Source: Octopus vulgaris
Taxonomy: Eukaryota
Assembly (NCBI GenBank): GCA_951406725.2
Contig: OX597837.1
Location: 24,552,001 to 24,616,000 of the forward strand
Direction of reading: 5' to 3'
Length of the DNA: 64,000 bases
Shown: positions 25,276-38,673 of the stretch, in pieces
How positions within the stretch are numbered: position 1 is the first letter of the stretch
How the letters are laid out: each line of letters opens with the position of its first letter
Made by a program: the position numbers and the translations under genes
Notes under the pieces: model-generated
Seen by the model: the letters and a program-made list of their open reading frames with translations, nothing else
Database searches by the model: none
What the model was told of the DNA's origin: nothing

Positions 25276-25374
25276 ATTAGCTGCCTGTAAAATAGATTTA
25301 CTGTGCCTTTGTGAAAGCATCTCTAAAGCAGTTAGAGCTTGCTCAGCAACATCCATACACTGGATCACTTGTAA
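25276..25374 (-). CDS. TRIP12: TRIP12 coding exon 8 ([33 protein letters not shown])
   Basis: 99 nt, phase 0-0, donor GTAAGA. Confidence 0.94.
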
Positions 25375-26085
25375 CTGGGAAACAAATAAAATGGAAAAAT
25401 AATTTATCTGAAGAATTAAAAGAAAAAAAAAAATGGTTCGAGCTTCATAACTTTTTGATAGTCATTATCATTAATGTACTGGAACACAAACCACATATGT
25501 CGTCATCACTATTTTACATACATTTTCCATGCTGGCACAGGATGGACCATTTGACAGGAGTTGGCAAGCTGGCGGGTCGGAGGGCCGCACCAGGCTCCAG
25601 TCATGTGTTCTGGCTTCGGTTCTATGGCTGGATGCCCCTTCCTGATGTGAGCCACTTTTCAGAGTATATTAGGTGCTTTTTTTTTTTTACATTTAACTGG
25701 TCCAAGTGCTTTCTTTTTGTGGCACTGGAATGGGTACTTTATGTGGCACCGATACAGATGCTTTTCTATATGGTACCAGCATGGGTGCTTATTACATTTT
25801 CATTACAAACATATTCATTAATCTTTTGTTCAATTAAGGTACAAACTACCTGCAGGTGTAATCTTTTTGATATGCTTCCAACAGTTTGTACTTGATTTCA
25901 CTCAAGATTTAGGCTAAACTGAAGCTAAAAAAAGACAACACTACATCAAAGTGTCTGCTGTATAGTGGAGTGAAAGCAAGACTTCTAAAGAATTTAGCCA
26001 TGCTTGCAGCCTTTATTATACACAGATGTATATCCAACACAAAACAGATGAGTTGAGCAAGAAGTTCATTGAGTTCTTGCTCTTA

Positions 26086-26504
26086 CCATGTTATGTTGAG
26101 GTTGACAAAATTAATAATATTAGAGTTGATTGCAAAATTATTTATGTACTGTCTTCTCAATTCCTTCAGTTACTCTATATACAGCCATTTCCTTACTCGA
26201 TTCAAATTAGTTATATAAATAATTATTTCATAAACCAATATAAACATTTTCATATCTCAATGCACTTTATCATCACAAAGTTTTAATTCACACCATGCTA
26301 TTTTGAGTTTGATAAAAGTAATTAGAGTTGACTACAAAATTATTTGCATGCCATTTTCATAATTCCTTCTTAAATTACTCTATACACCACCATTTCCTTG
26401 TTTTGTTTTTCTAATTAACTATACAAGTAATTATTTGTGTCATAGACTAATATAAACATTTTGACATCTAGATACACTTCATTGATCACAATGTTTTAAC
26501 TCAC
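26086..26504. repeat. Diverged local tandem duplication, 2 x ~205-213 bp
   Basis: Collinear shared blocks ccatg.ta, ttagagttga, caaaattattt, aattccttc, ttactctata, ccatttcctt, aatataaacatttt, atcaca, tttaa.tcaca. Confidence 0.8.
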
Positions 26505-26599
26505 AAATACAAATTTGTCCAACCCATGCTAACATGGAAACCGGACGTTAAACGATGATGATGATAATGATGAGGATGAAATTCATTGTATGTACTTAC

Positions 26600-26797
26600 T
26601 TTCTCTAAAAACACAGGTACAGCCTCAACAACAACAGCTGAAGAGCGTGGCAATGCTTCCATCATGTAGGTAAGAGCACGACAAGCATGGTTCATCATAT
26701 CAAAGTTATGGTCCATTTGCAACAATGTAATCAAAGCCGGAACAACTTGTTTCACAGGAAAGCCTGCCAAAGTGTCTTCATTGCCCATCACAAGAAG
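26600..26797 (-). CDS. TRIP12: TRIP12 coding exon 7 ([13 protein letters not shown]...VPVFLEK)
   Basis: 198 nt, phase 0-0, highly conserved ARM segment. Confidence 0.97.
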
Positions 26798-27581
26798 CTA
26801 GAAGAGTAAATGCTAGCAATTGTTTATCACTTTAACAGACAAACAAACAAATGAACAAACAAAAGAAAAAAACTTCAAAGAAATAACAGAGGTAAATTCC
26901 TATTAGATCTATATAATTTTGTTAATGCTTGGTCTATATTGAAATGGGAGATGATTTTTGTAATTTTACAGCTGGAAACATTATTTCCCCCTATTTCTGT
27001 AAATTATAAAATAAATCTATAATCAGACAAACAGGACAACCAAAATATGTACTTTGCTTGGGTGTATCACTAACTATATGCAATTTTTGTACACACACAA
27101 GATGCTTTTTCACTCAATACCTTTTGAATTGGTAACACAGCAAGTATACCCAAACACTCTAGCTACTTAGTTTAAAAGATCTTTAATATATAACCTAGCA
27201 GATCCTGGCCACACAAGATGGTACACACTTCATTACCTACTAGTCTCATCTTGTTCATTTCTATAACATCAAATAAATATTTAAAGCAGAAGCTCAACAC
27301 ATGAAAATATTTTGTCAGATTCTTGTACACAGCCAAGAGTTACAATTGCGCACACATTTAGTGAAAGAAAAGGTACCCAGCTGTAAAATAATGCCTCAAT
27401 AATAATTCATTTAACCAAAGATAGCATAGAAAAATGAATTAAAACAAGCACAAAGGAAGCAAAAAGGAACCCATTAATTAAATAATACATGCTCAGCCAA
27501 TTAAATTCTAAATGTTAAATTCCTGTGTGCTTATGTGTAAATCTGAAAGTGATCACAGAGAAATAAAAGTATAAAATTTAC

Positions 27582-27667
27582 CTGACACATTTCTATAACA
27601 GCTGTCAGCTGCTGTCCTTCATCATTGACAGCTTGAAGACCTTGTAATAATTGTTGCACTTTGTTCA
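27582..27667 (-). CDS. TRIP12: TRIP12 coding exon 6 (NKVQQLLQGLQAVNDEGQQLTAVIEMCQ), start of ARM region
   Basis: 86 nt, phase 1-0, conserved motif. Confidence 0.96.
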
Positions 27668-29163
27668 CTATGAAATAAATAACAATATCGGTTAATGGTA
27701 AAAACACAGACACGTAAATAGAATATTTTATAGAATTATATTTCCACATGTGAAAGAATTTCAAGATAACATTTTTCTTTTCTACAGGAAAAAATGAACT
27801 TCATTATTTTATTCTAATGAAATTCGTCAAACAATTTAGGATATCATTATTTTGGTCTATTAATTTTTTTTTACCAGCTGAAATGATATATCTGAATAAT
27901 GTGTCTAGAAAACAAAAATGAGAAAGCAAAATGGCAAAAAAACATGCAACAACAGCTAAGCAAGTTACAAGCAGAGTGAAAAATGTGTGATAGTGTTATT
28001 TCACTTCTGTATTTAACCTTTTCCCCATGACTATTTGCAAATGTTGGTGCTTTATTCATGATAAATAGTGACAAATCAAAATACTAACACTCATTATTAT
28101 ACAAGAAAGCCAGAATACTGTAATTTTTCAAAGAGAGTTTAAAAACAGCCCCCAACATTTAACGAAGTATGCTTTGTTAGCCGTTCATTAAAACAAGCAG
28201 AATGATAACAAGGGGATACAAGGCGAGTGCTTATTTGAAAATTAAAGCTAATAGCGACTGAGTAATTTAATGCATATGCATCTAAATGAGAATATAAATT
28301 AAGCTATGGATGTGTGCGTGAGTCAATATACTCATTCATACACAGAGGTAACAATTTTATATATATTATAATCATTTAACATTTGTTCTCCATGCTGACA
28401 TGGTTGGACTGCTTGACAGGAGTTGGTCAGCTCAAGGGCTGCCTGAGTTCCATTTGTCTGTTTTTGACATGGTTTCTATGGCTGTATGCTCTTCCTAACG
28501 CTAACCACTTTGTAGGGTGTACTGGGTGCATACATCTGGCACTGGAATGGATATACCATCATATTTTAACAGCCAGCTTCCATATGACATGAACTTATCT
28601 TCCATGCCAACCAGGTAAATCTGTATGTGTGTGTGTGTGCGTGTGTATGTATGTATATCTATATATATATATATATATATAAAATAGAACAAGATCTTTA
28701 AGGCTATACAACAGGAATATACATCACATTTCTATACATCAGTGATGTTCACAACATCTACCTCACAAAGAAACCTATACAAAATACTTTCACAATGCTT
28801 CAGTCATATGATCTAGAACTAGTGGGATGTAACCCAGCAGCAGCAAATTTTATTTGCCTCCACTAGGGTATCATTTTCATTTATTTATTTCTCTTCTGTG
28901 GGCCTTCATTTTGGTGGAAACTAATTTTCTCCATGCAACTTTAGAATCTAGTTAAATAATCCTAAATCATTACATATAAAAAAAAAATTTTTAAACTTCA
29001 AACATTGCACCCACAGAGTGGTACACTTTAAAGGTAAATATGAAACTAATCATCAGAATACATTGTACATTCTCTTACGTTATGAAAACTTGGCTGAGTT
29101 AACCTGGTCTAGCTAAAAACTTACAAATATATACTGCAGAAACAATACTATAACAGAACTTAC

Positions 29164-29259
29164 TGGTGCCCCCCGCCATTGTTCTGTGCAGAAGTTGATG
29201 CATGCGTGGACCAAGGGCTCCAAAGAGATGGGATGGTAAGCCACGCGCTTCTAACAATG
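29164..29259 (-). CDS. TRIP12: TRIP12 coding exon 5 ([27 protein letters not shown])
   Basis: 96 nt, phase 1-1, donor GTAAGT, conserved motif. Confidence 0.96.
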
Positions 29260-30071
29260 CTGCAAATAAAAATAAAGATTCGTAAAAACATGAGAAATAA
29301 AAACAAAGAGCTTTTTCGTTTTTACAGTTCCAAATGATTTTGGATTAACCCAATACAAAAAAAAAAATGCATGAAAACATTAGAAATACATAATGAATCA
29401 GTATGTTGATATGAAGTAGCATTGTTAATATATATAGCAAAGAGTTAACACGGCTGTGTTAACTAAAAATGATAAATCCCACATGGAGGAAAACATGTAC
29501 AACTCAAATACTGCAAGTGGATATTTTACATAATATTGGTTGAAATGATTGGTTATTGAGAGAATATTGTTGAAAAGCAAATAAATAAAACATACAAATA
29601 AAACAAAACAAGAAATAAAGTCACTGAAAAGCTAAAGTACAAAATGCCATTTGAACAAAAGAGATGCTAAACGATCGCTATTTGCCACCTTTAACACACC
29701 ACAAAATTAAATAATTGCACAAAAGAAATTGAAGCTAAAATGAAAGAATAACTTCAATACATGTTCATCTTTTAATGCCCGTTTTCCATGACGGAATGAG
29801 TTGGATGGTTTGACAGGAACTGACAAGCCAGAAGACTGCACTGAGCTCCATCTGTAGAGACCATGCCAAAGTTAACAACTGACACCCTTCTTAATGCCAA
29901 CCACTTTACAGCATGGCAACTGGCACGAGTGAAGTCACAAGACAAGACCTCTCAGGTGAGTGGGTTGAAGGAAGTGAATGTATGATAGAAAGGAACAGAT
30001 GTTTTACTGAAGAGGAGATACATGGCTTGCCCAGCTGGAGAGAGACAGATGGAGATGGTAAGGGCATACCT

Positions 30072-30304
30072 ATTTCTTTACTGCCCACAAGGGGCTACAC
30101 ACAGGGGGGACAAACAAGGACAGACAAACGGATTAAGTCGATTACATCGACCCCAGTGCGAAACTGGTACTTAATTTATCGACCCTGAAAGGATGAAAGG
30201 CAAAGTCGACCTCGGCGGAATTTGAACTCAGAACGTAACGGCAGACGAAATACCACTAAGCATTTTGTCCAGCGTGCTAACGATTCTGCCAGCTCGCCGC
30301 CTTA
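30072..30304 (-). mobile_element. Young tRNA-derived SINE (58050 family) with 14-bp TSD
   Basis: gtaagggcatacct at 30058-30071 and 30305-30318. Confidence 0.9.
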
Positions 30305-30659
30305 GTAAGGGCATACCTTCATGGTACAAGGTGAATGTCAGAGAGAACAGGGATAAGGGGATAGAAAGGGTGAATGGATAGGTAAATGGAAAGAGTGTGA
30401 AAGGAGTATGAGAAGTGGTTAGAGCAGGGGATTCAAATGGATGCAGTGGATGGAGCACACAGCAGAGGTAAGGTCAGTAGTGAATGTCATGAGAGGAAGT
30501 GAACGAAATAGGAGTGGATGAGGGAAGAGGAGGAGTTGACAGAGCTCCCAATGTGAAGTGTAAGGCAGATAAATGCTATAATTTATAGCACTTGCATTAG
30601 TAGTGTTACAGTTGGAAGAGTGATGAAATTGAAGACGAGTTGTAGGGGAAAGGAGCTCA

Positions 30660-31820
30660 TTTTTGCTGAGATGGACAGGTCTTCTCAAGTACAGCACATC
30701 CCCAATCATCTTAGTTTTTTTTTTTTTTGACATCTCCATAAGGCTTAACATCTTGAAGTTGGTCTTAACAACTTCATCCCACATCTTGAGATGCCCTCTT
30801 CCACAAGTTCTATCCATCTTTAGCAATCAGCACTTCTTCAAGCAGCTGTTCCCATCCACCTGCATCCATACCATCGCAACCTTCTCTCTTGCACACTACA
30901 TCTGACGCCTCTTATACCCAATTTTCTTCTCAACACATTTACACTTTGTTGTACATGCACACTGATGCTACATACACATCCAGTGGAGTTTCATTTCTTT
31001 CACAGCCCTAGTTTCACAAGCATGTAGCATTGTTGTTTGTACATATCATTTGTCTTTCAACCTGAAAGAGAGAAACCTTTTGTTACCAACAGAAGTAATA
31101 GCACTCTGGACTTTCTCCAGCTGGTTCTTATTCAAGCAACTATACTTTTATGACATTACCCTATACTGCTAATTTGGTCTCCAAGGTAATGAAAACTATC
31201 GACTACCTCTAAGGATTCTCCTGGGCATTCCAGAACATCTATTTCCCCTTCTTATACTGTCTATTGCTCCTGTACATCTCAACAAAGTCTATTTTCTGTT
31301 AGCCATCCTGTGATTCCACTGCAACTCTTATGTGCTCATACTTCACACATCAGATGAAATTTCGACTAATGCTTTTTCTATATATACAACAGAGTCATTC
31401 ACCTGTTTTCTTACTAGATTTTATGTCTTTGCTAATTTTAAGGCCTTTTGATTGTAGGCTTTGCTTCCACACCTAGCATTTCACTAATTCTTTTACAATT
31501 TCAGCTACAAGAACAAGGTCATCAGCACAAAGGAACTCCCATGGGCTATTTGTCTTAAACTCCTCTGTTATGGTCAGGAGGACTATGATAAATACAAGAG
31601 AAATTATAACCAAACTGAGGTGAATTCCCACTTGCACATTCAATTCTTTGTAGTATTCATTAACTCTGACTTGGATGGCTTTCACAGGTCATTCATCTAC
31701 TCCTAGCTTCTGCAGAGTAGGGAGTGAGGGACCCTGTCAAAGGCTTTCTATAGATTGACAAATGCCAAGTAAAGTGGTGTACTTTTGGTTAAATTCTTCC
31801 CTTGAAGTTGCCTTAATTTC
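30660..31820 (-). mobile_element. Degraded RTE-like LINE (RT and 3' end)
   Basis: VQVGIH..LV...VFIIVL..ITEEF....PWEFLCADDLVLVAE (YADD box) and GRGHLKMWDEVV. Confidence 0.8.
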
Positions 31821-33205
31821 AATGATTAAATGAGTCAGTAGACCTGTGAGATATAGCAGCCAAATTGCCCTCAGATAATATCCAGTTTTGAAAAAAGGGA
31901 AAAAAGGAAGTTTTCCAAATACATCTCAATAAAACAGAATAGTCCTGAACGAAATGCTTTTGGTCATAGTTCCTCTCAGTCAAAGTTGACTGATGTCAAA
32001 CAATAAAAACAGAAAGAAAGAAAACCATTTCATTCATCAAAATTCATGTCTCTTTTCTATAAAGGGATACAAAAACAAATTTATGGGCATTAAGTAATTT
32101 TCTTTTTTAAGAATCTATTCTAGAATCAAATTTAACTATTAAAACAGAAACTATATAGTAATAGGAAAAGGATTTAAAGAGAAGAACAGTTAATGTTTTT
32201 AAGTGATTATTCCAAGATCAAGTTCCCAATATTTTAACAATTAACTATGAAGTAATACAACTGATGAAAATAAGCTTGATTTAACAAGTAGAATAACTGC
32301 TAACGAATGAGTATTTGGATATATAGAGATCAAGGGGAAAGAACAAGAGTGCTGAGAGTTTTGCACTTTTAACTTTTCGTCATAATTCAATATTGTTTTT
32401 TGAAATCATATATTGCTTGTTCTGTATATTTTCAAGTGAACCAGGTGATGTATGGTGCTTCAGAATCAACACTGTCAATAATATTTTAAACTATTATTTA
32501 TTAGTCCCAAAGACTTAATTCAAACATTTTCTCTTACACTTATCAAAAATACTCAGAAAATTATTTGGTTTTACTATAGACGACACAGACATTGAGTATC
32601 TTGGATGCAACTGAAAGGGTAAAAGGAAAAAATAATGTATACAAATACAATGATTAATGTTTTGTCATAAATATCACCAAATGTTTGAGAACGACAGAAA
32701 TCTGAGACAGAACACAGATCTTTTTTAATGTATTTTTCTCCCTGCAGCAATCCTTGAGTGAGAACACACTATTGATCAATTCTTTGTCCCATTAAAACTA
32801 ATTAAGCAGTGTTAAAGAAGTTTATTAGACAAGCCAAATCCACGAAAATTGGTCACCACTTTCACTGTCTACCCATAAAATATCAGAAAAACAAAATATT
32901 TTTAAAATGAAATAAAACATGCTGACATTTTTAAGATTGAAGGTTTGAGTAGTGACTACTATGTGAAAACTGAAGATAAACAGATTGGCTCAGGATAATC
33001 AGTCTTAAGGTAATGACCACAGTCACTTCAAAGATCAATTTAAGAAACTGTCCAAATCACTTCATATTTTAATGGTCCTTGGCAGCAATAATGTAGGATT
33101 AACATGACAACCACCATCATCGGTGTTGTTTTAATGGTTGGGTCTTCAGGTTGACAGGAGGTTGACAATATTTCACTTCACTCCCCACCTGCTGTGACAT
33201 TTTTC

Positions 33206-33452
33206 CCGGTTTCTTGGCGTATAGCTTCCGCACCTGGACGGGACGCCGGTTCATCGCAGGTGAGCTGCAAGATGCAGTAGGAAAGAGTGAGAGAAAGTTG
33301 TGGCAAAAGTGTCAGCAGAAGTTTCGCCATTACCTTCTGCTGGAGCTTAGGTGTTTTACTCATAAACACACACATCATCCGATCTGAGATTCGAACCCTC
33401 AATCCCCCGACTGCGAGTCCGCTGCTCTAACCACTAGGCCATGTGCCTCCAC
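33206..33452 (-). mobile_element. tRNA-derived SINE flanked by a 54-bp direct repeat
   Basis: Head GTGGAGGCACATGGCCTAGTGGTTAGAGC...GGTTCGAATC (A and B boxes); repeats at 33152-33205 and 33453-33506. Confidence 0.9.
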
Positions 33453-34479
33453 TGACAGGGGGTTGACAATATTTCACTTCACTCCCCACCTGCTGTGACA
33501 TTTTTCTGTATTTTTTCTCACCTCTTCTTTATCAAACAACATTCTCAACATTACATTTAAAATTTGATTGAATACATTGCCATAAAACACAAAGTCAGTG
33601 TCTGTGTAATTTACTTTGTAATTCATCTGGATTGCAGCAACAATAGGCCCATAGGACATGATTTTTTTTTTTAGGATTTACAACATCAGTTCAGCAGCAA
33701 ATTCAATCAACATCCCATAACACAAATAAATTCACTCATACAACCTATCTTTTCCCATCTGGTTATTATTACATTTTTTTTACATGAATTAATTGACTTT
33801 ACTTCCTTACTAAGTGTGTGTATGTGAGAGCGAGATCATGCATATAAATGTTTCTCAGGGGTCTGAAGTGCCTGTGTTTTTTTCTTCGTTAGATATAAGA
33901 TTAGATAAGAAATGAATTGCTCTCAGTTTATATAAACATCACCAACAAAAGTTTTATTCCCATTTCCTAATTTAAAATGGTTTTTATATAGCCATGAAAC
34001 AATATCTCAGCTTATATTTCAAATCAAAATCCTCACTTTTTTAGTCTCATTCCATCTCCCAATATTTTCTCAACAATACTGTTTCTTTTACTAGCAATAA
34101 TATAAATTTTTAGTTTTCTTCTCTAGCAGCATTGAGGTGTTTATTGAATGACAAATATTCTATTGGTCCTCTGTTTTAATTGTGTACATATGCAGGAAAA
34201 GTATAATAGCACAGAAGCATTGTTGAGTGTATAAGTCACTGATGAGGGACATCATCATTAACAGCCATCTTCCATGTTGACAAAACTTGAACAGTTCGAC
34301 AGGATCTGATGAACCCACTCACATTCAGTGATCCTCATTCACACTAAAGCATAAAAAATTATATTAAATATCTACAGTAAACTGTCATGTTTTTTGACAG
34401 GAAATACAAAACCATTATTATTCTGAATATGCTTGTTAGCAATAATATTTGGATTAGTAGCAAGGAATATTATGTTTAC

Positions 34480-34554
34480 CTTGTAATCTGCCCATATCAG
34501 ATTCTTCAGATTCACTCTCAGAAGTCATTGCAGTGGCTCCGGCAGAACTTGATG
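34480..34554 (-). CDS. TRIP12: TRIP12 coding exon 4 (AMTSESESEESDMGRLQ)
   Basis: 75 nt, phase 1-1, conserved SESxxSxMGRLQ motif. Confidence 0.95.
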
Positions 34555-35515
34555 CTGGAAATAAATATAAACAGTTGCAGCATTGGTATAAAACTCTCCG
34601 GGAGGGGGGGGGAAGAATGGCTCGAAAATTTATTTCAGGAGAAGTGATAGATGAAAGAACAGTTTGTCTATAGCACCATCTAGCTGCATTCAGACATATC
34701 TAATTCTTTGGAAATTCCATTCCAAATTTGGTGCAACATACTTTTAAACTATACAAAAAGCAGCAAAATTATGTGATAACTTTATTAAAAAGCATGAAAA
34801 AGTAATATTAAGCTAATTATATACATAACTTATGTTTATATTATACTCTTTAGAAACGAAATGAAATGGGGGAGGAAAAAAAAAAATCACTCCCAAAGTA
34901 ATTTAAAATTACAATTGTTTGAACCCCACTCCAGGTAATAATTAACTACAGATGCTTTCTGCTTTAAAAACAATACCTTTTATTGCCAAAATACAAACAG
35001 CTAATTACAATAGCCAATTACTAACGAAGTATTGAATGTCGATCTCAAGACACTGAGCCATACAAAGGAGATGATAAAGGACCAAGATATCTGGCACCAT
35101 GCAGTGCTCAAGAAGACCTATCTGCCACAACAGAATTGATACCAGTCTCAGATACACAATGCATGAAAACAAAAAAGGCCAGATGGTCACAGCTGGAATG
35201 ACTTTGGGCACAGTTACTTGTTAGGGTGGCCTAGCGCCAACCTGCAAAAGTTTGTAAACATCTGAAGGTAGATTATAGATTCATAACTATAAAACCCTGT
35301 GTGTGTGTGTGTGTGCATGTGCACATGCAGCAGCATGGTTATACTTATAAGAATTCTGCTTTGCAACCATGTGATTTTGGATTCAATTCTAGTATGGGAC
35401 CTTGAGCTCATGCTCTGCATAATAAATAGCCTCAAGGCAACAAATACCATGTAAGTGAAATTTGTCTATCAGTATGTGCATGTGTGTTTATACATGCACT
35501 CATACACCCACACAC

Positions 35516-35549
<34 letters not shown>

Positions 35550-35922
35550 TTAAAAATAGGATAAAATCTTTATAAGAATTTATCAAGTAGTTAGCGTGAA
35601 AAACCTCATAAGAAAAAAAAAACCATCAATTTTTTTCTATTAAATGTATTAATTTTTATTTTATACAGGGCATTATTACACATAAATGCCTCACGCTAGG
35701 AGGGACTTTCAAAGTCAAAACTACTAAAATAAACATCATACCGAAAGCAAATCTCGAAGCAAGTCATTTAAAAAAAAATATATATATATACATATATATA
35801 CATATATTACTCGAGTAGACCCTCAAAACCATTCAATGTTCAATTCCTAGCCACTTACAAAAACCAATGACCATTAGTTGCAAATTAAAATTTTAAAAAA
35901 AGACTAAAAAATAATGATATAC

Positions 35923-36188
35923 CTGTACTTGAAAACTGTACTGACTCCTCACCATTTCTGTTTCCTGCTGTAGCACCTGCTCCACTACCGCCTCCTCCTC
36001 CTCCACCACCACCACAACCACCTGCATTTTCTCCTACAGTGGATCCTCCACTTGAGCCAGTATTTTCTGTATTCTGACCCTGAGACATTGGGCTGTTGGC
36101 AAGCGGTCTCGACGTCCCTCCAGCACTGCTTCCACTAGTGTGACTGCCTAAGCCTTGCCGTTTTGTTACAGCCGAGGAACGTCGACCA
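35923..36188 (-). CDS. TRIP12: TRIP12 coding exon 3 (GRRSSAVTKRQ...poly-Gly)
   Basis: Pyrimidine-rich acceptor, 266 nt, phase 2-1, open frame. Confidence 0.9.
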
Positions 36189-36399
36189 CTGAAATAAGAG
36201 AGAGAGAAAGAACAAATCTTTATTGCCAATAAAACTTTTTCAGATGTTTGAATAACTAGTGAAACATTCAATACTCTGAAAAGGAATGGTTAGTATATAT
36301 ATATAAAACAAAAAGAGGCAAACCTGCTATCTTCAATTTGGTTTTTGTGCCGCTCCTCACCTAATGACTGAAAGAGTATGATTGTGAATGGAAGGATCT

Positions 36400-36720
36400 G
36401 GAATGGGGCTTCTTTGAAGGGTCTCTGGAATAACGTCATTAGACAGGATGCATAGATCAGAGATCAAGAGGTCTCTCCATTTTGAGCTGATACTTCTCTG
36501 TATTGAGAGGCCACAGCTCCAGTACTACAAACATATGATTAGAATGCCACAGGGAAGAACTGCAAGACAGTTTCAAGCTGAGCCAACCAGCTGGGACCCT
36601 AGGGGTAGACTAAGAACAAGATGGTTGGAGGATATCTATAGTCTCAGCTGGTCATGTTTAAGAATTCATTCAGGAAGTGTAATGATGGTTGCTTTTGATA
36701 GGAAACTATGGAGGGGGTGA
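36400..36720 (+). mobile_element. RTE-like LINE 3' fragment
   Basis: QLQYYKHMIRMPQGRTARQ...PRGRLRTRWLEDI resembles LRWxGHxxRM...RPRGRPxxRW. Confidence 0.75.
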
Positions 36721-37194
36721 GGACTGTACTCCCACAACTCTCCCTGGAAGATAAGATGTCATCATTATCATTTAATGTCCGTTTTCCATACTGGCATGGG
36801 TTGGACAGCTTGACAGGAATGGCCATGGCCAGGCACCACATCGGGTTCCATAGTCTTTTTTGACTTGGTTTCTACAGCTGGATGACCTTCCTCATGCCAT
36901 CCTATTTTTATTCTACCAATTACACTTTCTGTATAACCTCCTCATTGCTAAGTAGGTTACCTAGGTAGCAGAAATTAGTACCACTGTATCTATGGTTTTT
37001 ATGGCCCCCGTACATCTCCCACACAAAAACACTACTTTCTCCATTAATTTTCCTACTATTCCACTGCCCCTCGTGTGTCCATAGCTTGTTCTGGGTACAC
37101 CCAATGGAATTTCTGCCTATAACCTTCCTACATATCGAGCAGGGCTATTTACCTGAAGGGTTCTGTCCAATTTCTTGCTTACAAAGACCTTGAA

Positions 37195-37325
37195 CTTTGC
37201 TAAGTTAACTACCAGAACCTGGTCTTTGCTAAGTTAACTACCAGAACCTTGGTCTTTGCTAAGTTAACTACCAGAACCGTGGCCTTTGCTAAGTTAACTA
37301 CCAGAACCGTGGCCTTTGCTAAGTT
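37195..37325. repeat. Minisatellite, ~4.4 copies of a 29-30 bp unit
   Basis: ctttgctaagttaactaccagaacc(t/tt/gt)gg(t/c) in head-to-tail copies. Confidence 0.95.
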
Positions 37326-37837
37326 CCAAGGAGAGGAATGACTGGTAGCACAAAAACAAGATTATATATGCAACTCTGCTCTCATAATTACAGCAGCTGA
37401 ATAATACCATAGTTAGAAAAGTGATAGGTGACAGGAAGATGAGAAGGTGAAGGCTTGACAGGCACAGACATGTCTCCTTTATAAACAGTAGCTGAATGTT
37501 TGACATGATCATGATGAAAGAAGCTCAGTATTTGTGTGTGTGTGTGTGTGTGCATGCATACTCACACACACATTGCAGTGCATAAGACTCACAATAACTA
37601 TATAGCTATTCAGAAAGTTATATATACAAACTATGTATTTATGCAGGATGGATGTATGTACAAAAGTATGTATGGTCGGTTGAATGTCTTGTACTCATTA
37701 CACTTTACCCTCATCCTCCACTCCTGTAGTGCCAGTCATCTCCCCGTTCACTCAACCTGTCATTACACTCTTGCTCCTTTTCAACCACACATCCTGGCTT
37801 TCCATCTGTTGTCCCCTAATCTGTTAGGTCACAATAC

Positions 37838-38062
37838 CTATTTCTTTATTACCCACGAAAAGCTAAACACAGAGAGGACAAACAAGGATAGACAAAGGGA
37901 TTAAGTCGATCATATCGACCCCAGTGCATAACTGGTACTTATTTAAGTGACCCCGAAAGGATGAAAGGCAAAGTCGACCTCGGCGGAATTTGAACTCAGA
38001 ACGTAGCGGCAGACGAAATACCGCTAAGAATTTTGCCCGGCGTGCTAACATTTCTGCCAGCT
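37838..38062 (-). mobile_element. tRNA-derived SINE (58050 family)
   Basis: Closely similar to 30072-30304. Confidence 0.9.
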
Positions 38063-38639
38063 ATCACTCTATTCTCTTGTTCACATTACTCCAATTGTAC
38101 ATGCTTACATTGGTCTCTCTTATGACTTATCACTATCCTTCATGCTGCTTAGCCTGTAAAGAGGACTCATAAGCAAGCAGATGTGGGATCAAGGGGTTCA
38201 TTTAGTTATGTCGTGGACATGGTTACCTCTATCATGCTGATGCCATGACAAAGCACCCAATACAATCTTTAAAGTGGCATCCAGCCTTAGAAACCAAAGC
38301 AAAAACGAAATCCATGAATAAGATGTAAACTTCCAAGCCATCTAGATGATCAGTACAATAAAGGTTTGTTGGCTTCAACCGCAGCAAGCCATTGAACCCA
38401 TGACAGCAAGAAAACTGGACAGATGATGATGATGATGGTGGTGGTGTGGGAATATATGTGCTTTTTTTCCCCCGCTTTGCAGAATTCATGTCATTCATTA
38501 AGAAAGTGGTATGGTTTCTTAGTTTAAGCCAAGATAGTTCTTGAAGTGTGAGATTATCTAAATTGATTAATGTGTTGTGCATATATGCAGATAAAATCAC
38601 ACTTGTGAAGTGGGCATGCATTTCATGTTAGTTCATAAA

Positions 38640-38673
<34 letters not shown>

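Noticed and set aside
25311-25895. 194-aa plus-strand ORF
   Set aside because: Antisense to a TRIP12 exon, then runs through a GAT-tailed repeat; no protein-like features.
33380-33452. tRNA gene
   Set aside because: A and B boxes present but no complete cloverleaf; it continues into a SINE body flanked by a duplication.
37195-37325. CRISPR-like array of 30-bp repeats
   Set aside because: Units are head-to-tail with no unique spacers, there are no cas genes, and the context is a eukaryotic intron.
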